64,000 bases of DNA, taken from the IMG/VR virus record IMGVR_UViG_3300025771_000019. The stretch is one strand, 5' to 3'. The stretch is from an uncultured virus (IMG/VR IMGVR_UViG_3300025771_000019). Lineage: Duplodnaviria; Heunggongvirae; Uroviricota; Caudoviricetes. Each line of letters starts with the position of its first letter. Position 1 is the first letter of the stretch. A program made the translations under genes and the position numbers. The notes below the pieces were generated by a model that did not search any database, was not told the DNA's origin, and was given only the letters and a program-made list of their open reading frames with translations. Positions 1 through 10,188 of this stretch are shown here, piece by piece.

Positions 1-40
1 TTTGCCTTGCCATTTCAGCTCCTAAGTTTTTAGTTATTTA

Positions 41-2248
41 TTATAATGCGTCAACCTTGAGGATGGTACTATCTACTGTAATGTCTGTTTTATCAGAAGT
101 TACTGCATAAGTATTCGCACTCTGTCCTGGTCCAACGACTGGTGGACCACCGACAACATAATCATCTTTACGTGTTAATGAGAATTTAGATCCAATATTT
201 GTTTCTACTTTTGTTTTATAAACGAATTTATTAAATGCTTTAGTACCTGCGGGGTGCACTGTTCTTTTGAGAATCTCATCATATTCGATTGGATCAACTA
301 CACCTTGAATCTCATAGGAGAATTCTTGGTAATAATCGTTATCTCGTATTTTATTCTCAGGCTTAATATGAGAATTAAAGTTTCCATGATAACCTTCGGT
401 CACACCCTGTTCTAGCGCGCTTAGAGTACCTTGTGCAACTACATCGTTGTTTGCATCTCTTAGATAAACAGTTTCTTGGTCAATATAACCAAAACCTGAA
501 TTAATTACTTTTACTTTATTAATGCGGCCGATTGAGAATTCAGTAAGAGTACTTACAAGAGCGTTTTCACCGAACTTTCTAGTATCATAGTTTCTTTCTG
601 CTGTAATTACATTGTATGAGTTACTTTCATGAACAATTGTTCCATTAGTAAACCCATAATAAGCATATGGTCTTACTTGTAAAACTTTGTTTGTAGAATC
701 AAATCCTATAATCTCACCCGTTACTGTTCCTTGTGTAATTATATCGCCTTTATCAAAGTTAGCACTAAATTCTGAAAGAACAAGGTTTTGATCGTGTCTT
801 TCAAAAGCTTCCATTACTGGATCTCTCAAAATAGCAAACACGTCATTTTCATATGATGCACCCGGATTAACATTAACAAGAGTTCTAACCTTACCGATAT
901 CAAACGGCGTAAGATCGAATGCCTCGTTAATAACAGAATCCAAGGCAGGAGTTGGATCAGCACCAGACATAGGAACTAGAGCTGGTGGCACGGTACTATA
1001 ATTTGTAGAGTTAATTGGAACATTTAAAAAGTTTCCAATAATATCTGTGATAAGCTCAACATTTTCTATATTACTTAAAGTGACTGTTACGTCATCAGGA
1101 TCTCCAGTATCTGGGAATAGATCGCCCGGCGACGAACTGTTTAATTCAGACAAAGAAAAATCAGCAGGTTGGAAAGTAATATTAGGTGATCTGTCGAGTG
1201 TTGAGATTGCTGTACCGTCAAACTCATTTCCAGCATTCATTTTAACGCCAACAGCAGCAGGGTTTTGCCCAGTTACAAAACCTTCATTTCCACTCGCATC
1301 TCTGAGTCTTTCTTCAATCACGAAGTCTTGGTTTTCATTATCTAGAATAATAACTTGATCTGAAACGTGCAATCTTGTTTCAGCAGTCGAATAACCAAAA
1401 CCACCATCTACAATTGTATATGAGATCGTTCCCGTAAATTCATCTTGCAATTCTGTAACAATTGCTCTGCCACCTTTACCAAGAGAAGATGTAAAGTCAA
1501 AAATATCACCGATATTATTATCTGTAGTTCTAGGTGCAGCCTGATCAATATCAATAGAAGAAGCAGAGCCTTGTACCTGACCAAACTTAACATCAGTGCC
1601 GTCTACCCTTGTAATAATATCATCGAATTTAATAAACGTGCCTTTAACATCGTTAATATAAATTACAGGAACAAGAGTTCTATTCAACATAATAAAGTTA
1701 ATTTTATCAACAGCAGCTCGCGCACCAGAAATACTACCGACAATGTTCTTACCAGCTAGTGAATCATATTCGTATATAATAGCTGAATTTGCTGGTGATG
1801 GGAATTCAGCATTGTTTGGGAACAACTGAAGATATGTACCAGTTTTCCAAGAAGAATCAGAGGGTTTTAGAATATTAGATGCAGGATAATATATCTCTAC
1901 ATCTTCTTGAAAGAACATTCTAAAGAAAAGAATAATACCGCTCTCAGAACCTTTTCTTCTATAAAGGCTCATAATATTTCTTACGATGAACTTGACCGTA
2001 CCTACGTCATCAAGTGGCAGATCTGCAAGAAACTTTTTCTGAAAGAATATAATCATTTCAGATAGAGTTGTAGCAATGTCACGATATTCAAACAAACGTC
2101 TGTTATTATACACAGACATATTAGTTTGTGTTTCTAGAAACTTATAGTATTCTTCTACAAATTTTACAAGCTCGTGACCTTCATCCCTGTAAAGTGCAGG
2201 GAACTGCAGCTGGATCTGGTGAGCAATATTTTTCTCGATTTTCGCCAT
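41..2248 (-). CDS. Baseplate wedge subunit (T4 gp7-like)
   Basis: 735 aa; N-terminal FVEEYYKFLE / LYRRKGSE...FFRMFF and C-terminal DNDYYQEFSY...VHPAGTK motifs typical of T4-like wedge proteins; directly downstream of gp6. Confidence 0.8.
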   Translation of the reverse strand: MAKIEKNIAHQIQLQFPALYRDEGHELVKFVEEYYKFLETQTNMSVYNNRRLFEYRDIATTLSEMIIFFQKKFLADLPLDDVGTVKFIVRNIMSLYRRKGSESGIILFFRMFFQEDVEIYYPASNILKPSDSSWKTGTYLQLFPNNAEFPSPANSAIIYEYDSLAGKNIVGSISGARAAVDKINFIMLNRTLVPVIYINDVKGTFIKFDDIITRVDGTDVKFGQVQGSASSIDIDQAAPRTTDNNIGDIFDFTSSLGKGGRAIVTELQDEFTGTISYTIVDGGFGYSTAETRLHVSDQVIILDNENQDFVIEERLRDASGNEGFVTGQNPAAVGVKMNAGNEFDGTAISTLDRSPNITFQPADFSLSELNSSSPGDLFPDTGDPDDVTVTLSNIENVELITDIIGNFLNVPINSTNYSTVPPALVPMSGADPTPALDSVINEAFDLTPFDIGKVRTLVNVNPGASYENDVFAILRDPVMEAFERHDQNLVLSEFSANFDKGDIITQGTVTGEIIGFDSTNKVLQVRPYAYYGFTNGTIVHESNSYNVITAERNYDTRKFGENALVSTLTEFSIGRINKVKVINSGFGYIDQETVYLRDANNDVVAQGTLSALEQGVTEGYHGNFNSHIKPENKIRDNDYYQEFSYEIQGVVDPIEYDEILKRTVHPAGTKAFNKFVYKTKVETNIGSKFSLTRKDDYVVGGPPVVGPGQSANTYAVTSDKTDITVDSTILKVDAL

Positions 2249-4047
2249 TATGTTATCTTAATCGGTTTAATGTTAATCGTTACATCTTCATCTTGGATAA
2301 AGAAGATTCTTCCGTTAGGTGACTTAATGTCGTCTCGTTTAGTTGTTGCCATCACTTTAATTCCAGCACCGGTATAGTTCTGCACTGTAAGTCCTGTCAA
2401 GTTAACTTCGCCGGTAGTATAATCTACTGTACCAGTTTTTGGTAGAATAACCTTAGGATCTACAGGATCGTTTGTTACGATTTGAATATTTCCTTTACCG
2501 TCGTCCTGCATGTAAACTTGAGTATTGTCATATGTGAAAGCGCCTGTTTTAATTGCAGGCTTATAATCTATAAATCCAATTGTATCATCAAAAGGATATG
2601 GCTTAACTAACTCAGCAAAGAATTTAAATGATGGGTTTGCCGATACGCCTTTTGCTGGTGAATACAAGATATATGGACACGCGTCAATCTCGTTAGATTG
2701 AATTGATACGTCTACATCATCTATATCACCCGAAAGTTTTGATACGCGAAGTGTTTTATTAAAGTCATCGAGATTATTATTACTATAAGTTGTAATAGCA
2801 GATCTGATCTCTGTTTCTATTTGATCTGGAGATTTGCTTGTAATATTTGAATCGTAATACACGTCGATAGACAAACAAGCATATAGGAATTCAGATTCAA
2901 TAAAGATCGGTTCAATAGCAACAGGAGATCTTTCTCGTAGGAACTCAATGTATCTTGCAGACAATGTTTGCGATAGACTGTCTTCTCTTTCACCAAGATA
3001 AACTGAAATAGCAACTCGTCCAAACTTTGGAGGTGTAAGATCCTCACCACCGTAAGCAGAAACGGCTTTAATTTCTGGGAAGTTTTGCTTCAATAGAATC
3101 TCATAGTCTGATGTTGTAATTGCTCGCTCTTGAATCTGCAGTGCTTTTGGCGCAAAGTAACGAATGCTTTCAAGAGATTCTCTTTCAGCACCACCTGACG
3201 CAGCACTAATTGTTTCAACAACAGCAGTACCACTATTCAATTCAAGACTAAATACATCAGCGCCATTTGGCTCTTCACCAGAACAGATTCTGTATCTTAC
3301 TCGAACATCCTCAAATTCTAGAGGCTGCAGACCGAATCTATTATTACCGAAGTAGATGGTGTATCTTCCATCAAAATATGGTTCTACATAGAATACTTTA
3401 TCTGTTGGACCAACACCAAAGATATCATTCTTTCTTACAAATATGTTTTGGTTTTCTGTTTCTTCAGCATCAACAAATACGACGATTGAATCTGTATCAG
3501 CATTCTCGTTTGAGAGGATAACACGAAGAATACCGTCAGCATCAACAAAATAACCTTCGCGTTCAAAGCTCGCAAGCATTTGACCTTCGAAGATCTCTAC
3601 ATTATCTGCAACAAATGTATTGACTGCAACCTTTTTAGCAACATAAGCTTTATCTGTAACAAACTCAAAGTTCTGACCTTGATATACACATTGGAACTGA
3701 GTATATTCTGGAATTGGAATAGTTTGGATTCCTGGCGTGTCGTTTGTGATTGTGATTTTAATAACAGCTTTTGCAGATCTTCTACTTCTTGGCAGATAGT
3801 TCAGTTCTTTAGCATGAGAAACAACCGAGTTCATAAGTACGGCTGAGTCGAGGAACATCTCGTTCAATGCCATATTAGAATAAAAGTTATTATGATAAGT
3901 GTTATATGCTAATACGTCAAGAAGAACACTCATGTTAGAGCCTTCAAAGTTATAGTCTTTGAATTGTGTTTGACTCTTCATATATTCTTTCAGTGACGAT
4001 TTCACTGTTGCGAAATCTAATTCATTAATTTTGAGTTTAGATGCCAT
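2248..4047 (-). CDS. gp6: Baseplate wedge subunit gp6
   Basis: LDF..KSSLKEY, DYNFEGSNMSVLLDVLAYNT, EMFLDSA, QERAITTSDY motifs. Confidence 0.95.
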   Translation of the reverse strand: MASKLKINELDFATVKSSLKEYMKSQTQFKDYNFEGSNMSVLLDVLAYNTYHNNFYSNMALNEMFLDSAVLMNSVVSHAKELNYLPRSRRSAKAVIKITITNDTPGIQTIPIPEYTQFQCVYQGQNFEFVTDKAYVAKKVAVNTFVADNVEIFEGQMLASFEREGYFVDADGILRVILSNENADTDSIVVFVDAEETENQNIFVRKNDIFGVGPTDKVFYVEPYFDGRYTIYFGNNRFGLQPLEFEDVRVRYRICSGEEPNGADVFSLELNSGTAVVETISAASGGAERESLESIRYFAPKALQIQERAITTSDYEILLKQNFPEIKAVSAYGGEDLTPPKFGRVAISVYLGEREDSLSQTLSARYIEFLRERSPVAIEPIFIESEFLYACLSIDVYYDSNITSKSPDQIETEIRSAITTYSNNNLDDFNKTLRVSKLSGDIDDVDVSIQSNEIDACPYILYSPAKGVSANPSFKFFAELVKPYPFDDTIGFIDYKPAIKTGAFTYDNTQVYMQDDGKGNIQIVTNDPVDPKVILPKTGTVDYTTGEVNLTGLTVQNYTGAGIKVMATTKRDDIKSPNGRIFFIQDEDVTINIKPIKIT

Positions 4048-4464
4048 TTATCTTGTCCTCTCTAGAAATACGTCAACTGATATTGGATTTGATTGGTTGC
4101 GTATCATAAATTCAACACGAACTCTTACAGTATTATCGTCAACTAGAGAGGATACTGTTACATCTAGTAATTCAGCTCTAGGCTCGTAAATATCTAGTGT
4201 TGTTCGTACTTGATCTTCGATTGTTTTTAAAACGCCGGGCGTTATATTTTCAAATAGCATGGCTTTGAGATGACCACCAAGATTTGGTTGCATCAATCTT
4301 TCACCACGATCAGTAAGTAATATATTTTTAATTGCTTCTTTTACAGACTCTTCGTCTTTGCGCACTGTCAGATCAGAAGACACAGGACTTTTCTCCATAT
4401 CCTTTTTAAAATCGGAATATATGGAGATCTTTTTAGTTCTACCTGTTAATAGTTCTATTGTCAT
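4048..4464 (-). CDS. gp25: Baseplate wedge subunit gp25
   Basis: AIKNILLTDRGERLMQPNLG and YEPRA motifs; lies between gp5 region and gp6. Confidence 0.93.
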   Translation of the reverse strand: MTIELLTGRTKKISIYSDFKKDMEKSPVSSDLTVRKDEESVKEAIKNILLTDRGERLMQPNLGGHLKAMLFENITPGVLKTIEDQVRTTLDIYEPRAELLDVTVSSLVDDNTVRVRVEFMIRNQSNPISVDVFLERTR

Positions 4465-6089
4465 ACTGACGTACCTAGTTGTTTTTGTTCTAGTGCTTTA
4501 AATTCTTCAGACTTCCACATTCTTGTTGGGCCTTTATCAATATGAATAAATCCTTTATAACGGCCAAACCCTCTAAAACCTACTTCTTTTGCTAGATCTA
4601 CAAAATCATAAGCTTCTTCAGAAACTGGTGTGCTTTCTCTATTCCAACCATCCCATGTAATATCAAAAGCCATTCCCTTAGTGTGCTGACCATTAAGTGT
4701 AGTAGTTTTACCAGCGTCATAAAGCATTTTCTGATACTGCATACTTCTCCAACAGCTGTTTACGATGAGACGCTTACCGACTTTAGCCTGAAGTTTCATT
4801 AGCATAGCTTTTACTTCAGCATCAGTTTGTGTCCATCCAGCACTTCCAAGAGCCTCTACCCAACCACCTTGAATACCAATCTTAGGATGTGTATTATCTT
4901 TAATTTCTTCCCAAGTTGGCACTCCTTCATACTCTTGAGTTGTTGGAGGCGGCACATTACCTTTTTGTTCAAATTTCTCTCTTGATTTATTTATTCTTTC
5001 TTTGCGTACCTCATCTTCTAATCTGATAGCTCCAGCTCTAATAGCCTCACCTTTTACTCGATCTGACACATTTTTTAGTGTATAAAACACTTCTTCGTAA
5101 CGATTTGAAAAGTCGTTGAGTGGATCTTTTAGTTTATTAATCACACCTTCAATACCAGTAATCAAACCACAGATTTTTGCAATTAAAAGTTGTACCTCTT
5201 CAAGAGATGGGTTTTCGAAAACACTCATAGCATAATCAATTTGAGCTTTAAGTTTCTTACCAAGATTCTTAATATTTTCTTCATCAAAGAATTCTAATAT
5301 TTCTTGTTTAAGCTGAGTAATTCTTTTTACAATTTTGTCGTTGACAAATGTTTCGATTTGTCCCATAATATTCTCAACACTAAAGTTTTTAATAGCATTC
5401 TCTACACGCTTTACGATTTTTTCAAATGCTTTTTCTACCTTTTCTTTAATGGCTTCAATAAGAGCTTTTACTTTAATTTTTTCAAATGCTGCTTGAATTT
5501 CATCAGCAACATTGCGTATCTTTGCAAGGAATGTAAAGGCATCCTGAATCAAACCATCGATATCATCAAGTAGATCAAAAAAAGCATCAATTGCAGCAAA
5601 TATATTTGGCATAAGTGCACAAAACTTTCCTAGAATACTATTCGAAGACGATCCAGTATAATAGTAATTTAGTTCAGATACAATCTGCGCAGGCTTTGTA
5701 TTATAAATGTTTTCAATAGAGGTGGGTGTATGATTAAACTCTCTTAAATATTCTGAATATTCTAAAGGAGTAATAGGACCACGATTTAATCTATATTCTA
5801 ATACTTCATTATCATCTGCACCAATATAAGTTTGTGCGATATCTCTTTTTAAGAAGTCAGTATTAAATTTAGAAAGAGAATCATAAAAGTTTGGAAATCT
5901 TTTTACAGATTGAATTAAAACATTTTCAGAAGTATCTTCGATCATGCTTGCTCTGAAATTAGCTTCAATTTGATCGAGAGCGCTGATCGTAAGCTCACCT
6001 CTACCGTTTACACCAGAAAGCTTCGTGGTTGTATCTACCTGTTGGCCAGGATTTAAACACTGTTCCATGCCACAACATTTACACGTCAT
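4461..6089 (-). CDS. Virion/baseplate-associated protein with helical region and C-terminal peptidase M15 domain
   Basis: C-terminal VNSCWRS...QHTKGMAFDI...GFGRYKGFIHID (M15A Zn peptidase H-x6-D...H motif). Confidence 0.75.
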   Translation of the reverse strand: MTCKCCGMEQCLNPGQQVDTTTKLSGVNGRGELTISALDQIEANFRASMIEDTSENVLIQSVKRFPNFYDSLSKFNTDFLKRDIAQTYIGADDNEVLEYRLNRGPITPLEYSEYLREFNHTPTSIENIYNTKPAQIVSELNYYYTGSSSNSILGKFCALMPNIFAAIDAFFDLLDDIDGLIQDAFTFLAKIRNVADEIQAAFEKIKVKALIEAIKEKVEKAFEKIVKRVENAIKNFSVENIMGQIETFVNDKIVKRITQLKQEILEFFDEENIKNLGKKLKAQIDYAMSVFENPSLEEVQLLIAKICGLITGIEGVINKLKDPLNDFSNRYEEVFYTLKNVSDRVKGEAIRAGAIRLEDEVRKERINKSREKFEQKGNVPPPTTQEYEGVPTWEEIKDNTHPKIGIQGGWVEALGSAGWTQTDAEVKAMLMKLQAKVGKRLIVNSCWRSMQYQKMLYDAGKTTTLNGQHTKGMAFDITWDGWNRESTPVSEEAYDFVDLAKEVGFRGFGRYKGFIHIDKGPTRMWKSEEFKALEQKQLGTSV

Positions 6090-8148
6090 AGGAACCTCCA
6101 GTTTCAGGTTTAGAAGTTATGGTAGTAGATGCTTTCTCATAGTTACCTTTAATCTCATCAAGCACTTTCTCAAATTCTCCAACAGTAATCTTAGCATTAT
6201 TCTTCACCAGTTTACCATCAGCATAAATTGGCTTAGAGTATCTGCTTTGACCAGCCTTTGGACCGTTTACAATTGGAAGTGAAGCCCACTCTGCAGCAAG
6301 ATTATTTGCAAAGGTTGTTCTAGATATATTACCGCTGAGATATCCGTCAAGACCGCGGCGTCTAAGTAATTCTACAGCCATCTTATCTTGGTTAATTGGA
6401 CTAAATTTATCGCTTAAGCTTAGACCTGCTCTTGCGTATAATGGATCGCCCGGAGGTGGCGGATCATTGTCATCGTTGTCATATCCACGGAGAGTATCTT
6501 CCATGATTTGATATCTGCCCATAGCCTCTGAACCTGAAACGCTATCAACAGATTCTTGATATTGAAGAACCTGCCCAATAGTCATAGTTGTGATTGGTCT
6601 AGATGGATGTAGTGCTCTATCAATTAATCCTGATATAGCGTTATACCCACCATCCTGATCTCCTTCAAATCTTCCAATAAGATTCAGGAGAGGAGTCAAA
6701 CTACTTTGCATTGCTGCCGTTGCAGGAGCAGTTGATGCAAGAGTTTCTGTGGTGGATACTGTTTCACCAGAATGGTCAGGTGAAGATGCACCAGCACTAC
6801 CACGAGATCCTGTGTCTTTATTTGTTTGTAGGTTAACACCTTTCTCAGGAGGCTCTGGAGCTTTAACGGGCTGTGCTTTGGTATCCATACCACCAGGTCT
6901 CGTGACATCCTGCGCGTCTCTAGCAGGGTCTGCACTGCCCTCAGCCATGCGAACAAAGTCGTCAATAAATGTTGTAGTACCACGAACCATCACATAACCA
7001 TCAGAACTGACTCTTAACTCAGCATCTCCTTTGAGATCAAATGAGTCTGTACCTTGGAATCTTACGTCAGCACCTTTGATCTTAAAGTCTTCTGCTGAAT
7101 CCATAGCAAATAATTTATCAGAATGCCAAAGCATTTCTTCTGACGCAGTACCAAATATTTTTGGTGCCTGAATACCGATACCTTGTCCGGCTTCTATCTG
7201 GGTTTCTTTCTTCGAAAGAAAAGACATGTAGCCAGCATTAGCTTCTACCTTTACCTGTCCTGCTCTCATCTGTAGGTTTTCAGATCCATTGATAATTGTT
7301 TCAGGTCCGCCTACACCGAGATAATAATTACCATGTACAATTTGTTTTAGATCTCCTTGGATCTCTTCTACTTTATGGCCTTTTACGTAGACATGTGCAT
7401 CACCATTAATTGTAACAGTACTTGCATTACCAACTAATACGTGCTGTTTTCTATCAATGACTTCATATTTGTCTGATGTTGATTTTTCTGTAACAGTACC
7501 ACGAGAATCGATCTGTACATAAGAACCTTCCTTATGCCAGACAGTAATTCTTTCTGAGCCGGGAGTATCATCAAGCTCAATAGTATGCACACCACTTTCG
7601 ATTACTTTATTATGCGGATATTCAGTATCATATGCTGGTGCGGGTTCATCCCATGTTTCGTCTGAATCTGCTACCTTAACATTTAAGGCTCTACCCATCT
7701 CCCATTCAACAAGATTTGTTTCGTGTAAATATTCACCACGGGCTAGTTTAGAAACGTCGTGTTGCCCGATACTTTCTGGCTCAGATCCTTTAGCAAGAAG
7801 GTGGGCGTCTTTTGGTGGAATAGTTCCCCAGCCATTTTTTTCTGGATCAATACCATCAAGATTCTGAGTTGGAATTGTACCAATAATCATAGGTTGCTGA
7901 GCATGTCTTCCGTCTAGGAATAAACCAAACACCCATTTATTTGTCTTTGCGCCGTGGAAAACGTTTGCGTCATAAGCACCTGAAACAAGAACAGCCCAAG
8001 GCAACTCATCGTCAGGTATATCTTTATTTGTTCCATGTATACCGAACGCACGTACCTGCACACGCCCTTCTTTACGAGGGTCGACTGTGTTTGCAATAAC
8101 ACCCACAAACCACAATGGGTCGCGTATTCCTATACCGTAATCAGGCAT
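6079..8148 (-). CDS. gp5: Baseplate hub / tail spike gp5 with C-terminal lytic transglycosylase/muramidase domain
   Basis: OB-fold WFVGVI..DP..GRVQVRAFGIH, YPHNKV.ESG.H.IELDDTPG.ERI, beta-helix region; C-terminal GRYQIM..TL / NQDKMA / EWASLP. Start set at ATG 8148 (AAGGA RBS). Confidence 0.9.
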   Translation of the reverse strand: MPDYGIGIRDPLWFVGVIANTVDPRKEGRVQVRAFGIHGTNKDIPDDELPWAVLVSGAYDANVFHGAKTNKWVFGLFLDGRHAQQPMIIGTIPTQNLDGIDPEKNGWGTIPPKDAHLLAKGSEPESIGQHDVSKLARGEYLHETNLVEWEMGRALNVKVADSDETWDEPAPAYDTEYPHNKVIESGVHTIELDDTPGSERITVWHKEGSYVQIDSRGTVTEKSTSDKYEVIDRKQHVLVGNASTVTINGDAHVYVKGHKVEEIQGDLKQIVHGNYYLGVGGPETIINGSENLQMRAGQVKVEANAGYMSFLSKKETQIEAGQGIGIQAPKIFGTASEEMLWHSDKLFAMDSAEDFKIKGADVRFQGTDSFDLKGDAELRVSSDGYVMVRGTTTFIDDFVRMAEGSADPARDAQDVTRPGGMDTKAQPVKAPEPPEKGVNLQTNKDTGSRGSAGASSPDHSGETVSTTETLASTAPATAAMQSSLTPLLNLIGRFEGDQDGGYNAISGLIDRALHPSRPITTMTIGQVLQYQESVDSVSGSEAMGRYQIMEDTLRGYDNDDNDPPPPGDPLYARAGLSLSDKFSPINQDKMAVELLRRRGLDGYLSGNISRTTFANNLAAEWASLPIVNGPKAGQSRYSKPIYADGKLVKNNAKITVGEFEKVLDEIKGNYEKASTTITSKPETGGSYDV

Positions 8149-9553
8149 TTCCTTGATCCGTTCTACTATCAGTTGCAGACCAATCAAACTTTACCAGAAG
8201 AAGAGAAGTTGTAAGTTCTCCATGTTTCATCTGATGACTTGTGGTCTTAATCATATATTTACCACCAAGAGTATCATTTCTTTTTGAGTCAACATTCAAC
8301 TGAGCAATATCTAATTGAATGATTTCACCAGGACGTAAATCCAATCTACCCTTAAGTGCAGCTTTTACTTGTACATTATTTAAGTGGTGATAATAAGAAA
8401 CTCTGTTCTGCGTAATCGTAGGAACAAATCTTTCTGCTCTAATATTAGATTTAATATCACCAACGCTTTGGTAATCTTTATATACTACAAAATGTCTTGC
8501 ATTTTCTTCAGTAAAAGTTTCATCTCTAAAAGCTTTTGTATGTGGCTGAGCATCAGGGCTGCTTTGACGGGCTTGGTTGCCGCTGAAGTCCATATAATCG
8601 GCGTCTTCATCATAATTAAAATTATAGTCTGTAACCTGTTTTCTTACAATATCAATCTCTGTTACTCTGCTTCTATAAGCTCCTGAAAAAATATCGGTGG
8701 CCGTATCCAAACCTTTATTTACAATTTGCAGTTGCTCAATTCTTTCGAGTTGAGCTAAAGGTCTATTTGGATCCATACTACCAACAGGACCGTAATATAA
8801 ATGCTTAATTTTCCCAGCATTATGTTTATGAATAAAGAACTCGTCTGTTACCCAATAATAAGATTCGAGAGTCTCAAAGAATCTATATGTGCATGAAGGA
8901 ACATTTGTATTGAATCCCATGCTTGCAAGTAAATTCATTGTGTAAGCTGGTGTATAACGTGGTACAGTTAAACCAGTTGCCGAAAAAGTATCCTGAAGAT
9001 AAAACTTTCTTTGTCCAAAATCTTCTTCAACAATGGTAGATTCTGTAAGGTTGTATCTCTTCGCAGATCTCATTGTAAAATCTTGGCCATACAGTTGATC
9101 TATTTCAGTTTCACCGCCTACCTTTGCGTAATAAGTTTGAAATACTCTTTTTGCAATCTCGTGTATTTGCCCATTGTAGGCTTTGATTACTTTTCTCTTG
9201 TTGGCATTAAAAGTTTCTTTAGAAACAAAGTGCATTTTATATACAGCACCGTCTGTATTTTCCATAGGTGTAATGTCACTTACACGGATCACTCTTGTTT
9301 CTAAAACAACCTTATACGGCATATCAGAAGAAATAATTGTCATAAGCAATGTTTCTTCTGCGCGCAACGGCAAATTCTCAAGAAGACCAACCGTCTCCTC
9401 GATCTCTAAAAATCCCTGATACTGATGAGCTTCCATGCTCTGCGAAATCTCAAAGCCGGTAATAAACTGAGCAATGTCCTCTACGCGTTTGGGATCAAAC
9501 TCGTTTACAATCTGGCAGGATACGACTTCGCATTGGGATAGATTACGTGACAT
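8141..9553 (-). CDS. Baseplate hub/tail protein (gp27-like)
   Basis: 470 aa; position upstream of gp5; YRFFET, G..DLRPG, LGGKYMI...H motifs. Confidence 0.65.
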   Translation of the reverse strand: MSRNLSQCEVVSCQIVNEFDPKRVEDIAQFITGFEISQSMEAHQYQGFLEIEETVGLLENLPLRAEETLLMTIISSDMPYKVVLETRVIRVSDITPMENTDGAVYKMHFVSKETFNANKRKVIKAYNGQIHEIAKRVFQTYYAKVGGETEIDQLYGQDFTMRSAKRYNLTESTIVEEDFGQRKFYLQDTFSATGLTVPRYTPAYTMNLLASMGFNTNVPSCTYRFFETLESYYWVTDEFFIHKHNAGKIKHLYYGPVGSMDPNRPLAQLERIEQLQIVNKGLDTATDIFSGAYRSRVTEIDIVRKQVTDYNFNYDEDADYMDFSGNQARQSSPDAQPHTKAFRDETFTEENARHFVVYKDYQSVGDIKSNIRAERFVPTITQNRVSYYHHLNNVQVKAALKGRLDLRPGEIIQLDIAQLNVDSKRNDTLGGKYMIKTTSHQMKHGELTTSLLLVKFDWSATDSRTDQGNA

Positions 9554-9810
9554 CAGCTATTTCTTAGTTTTCTAATAAATTCTTGTTCTATGCGTGGCAA
9601 ATATTCTCTATCGATTAAGAATATCTCTTTCTTATTTTCATTCAACGCATATTCTTCGTCATAAATCTTCCAAGGTTTCCACTCGTCTGGAATAATTCGT
9701 TTGATAATAATCTTACGACCTGTTTCAGTACGCAAGATAACGCGATCTTCTTTACGAAGATAAATCGTTCGGAAAGATTCTGGCGCTAGTTTGACAATTT
9801 CTACTGCCAT
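9553..9810 (-). CDS. C-terminal part of gp53-like baseplate wedge protein
   Basis: YDEEYALNENKKEIFLID..YL resembles the gp53 C-terminus; in frame with the upstream ORF; own GAGG RBS. Confidence 0.7.
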   Translation of the reverse strand: MAVEIVKLAPESFRTIYLRKEDRVILRTETGRKIIIKRIIPDEWKPWKIYDEEYALNENKKEIFLIDREYLPRIEQEFIRKLRNS

Positions 9811-9813
9811 CTA

Positions 9814-10188
9814 CTATACCTCTTTGTAATAATATATAATATTCTCGTCATTATCTTCTTTAGTCCAGTCGATAATGTCCTCACCTGTGAGTCCCGATGC
9901 TTCACCATATTTGTCAATTAAGAATAAATTGAACTCGTGATTTGATTTAGGCCATTCGTGGTATGGATCTGTAATATTGTTAGCCATATAAACTAGCCAT
10001 TCATAATCTACAGAGCCATAATACCACTCTGCAATATCCTGTGCTCTTTCGCCTTCCTTAATTGTATAAGGCATATAAAGAAGTGGATTGTTTGTAACTT
10101 CTTTTGTAAACGTATTGCGGCGAGTGATGTCTTTAACCTTAACACCTTCGTATTCAATAGTTGGAAATTTTTCAAAATATCTTGTCAT
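9814..10188 (-). CDS. gp53: Baseplate wedge gp53 (N-terminal LysM-like part)
   Basis: YFEKFPTIEY, YTIKEGER..DIA..YYGS..Y.WLVYMANNI.DPYHEWP. Confidence 0.9.
   Translation of the reverse strand: MTRYFEKFPTIEYEGVKVKDITRRNTFTKEVTNNPLLYMPYTIKEGERAQDIAEWYYGSVDYEWLVYMANNITDPYHEWPKSNHEFNLFLIDKYGEASGLTGEDIIDWTKEDNDENIIYYYKEV

Noticed and set aside
9811..9816. Genome-wide amber stop-codon reassignment
   Set aside because: Other core genes are uninterrupted in the standard code, several end properly at TAG, and no suppressor tRNA is among the three seen.
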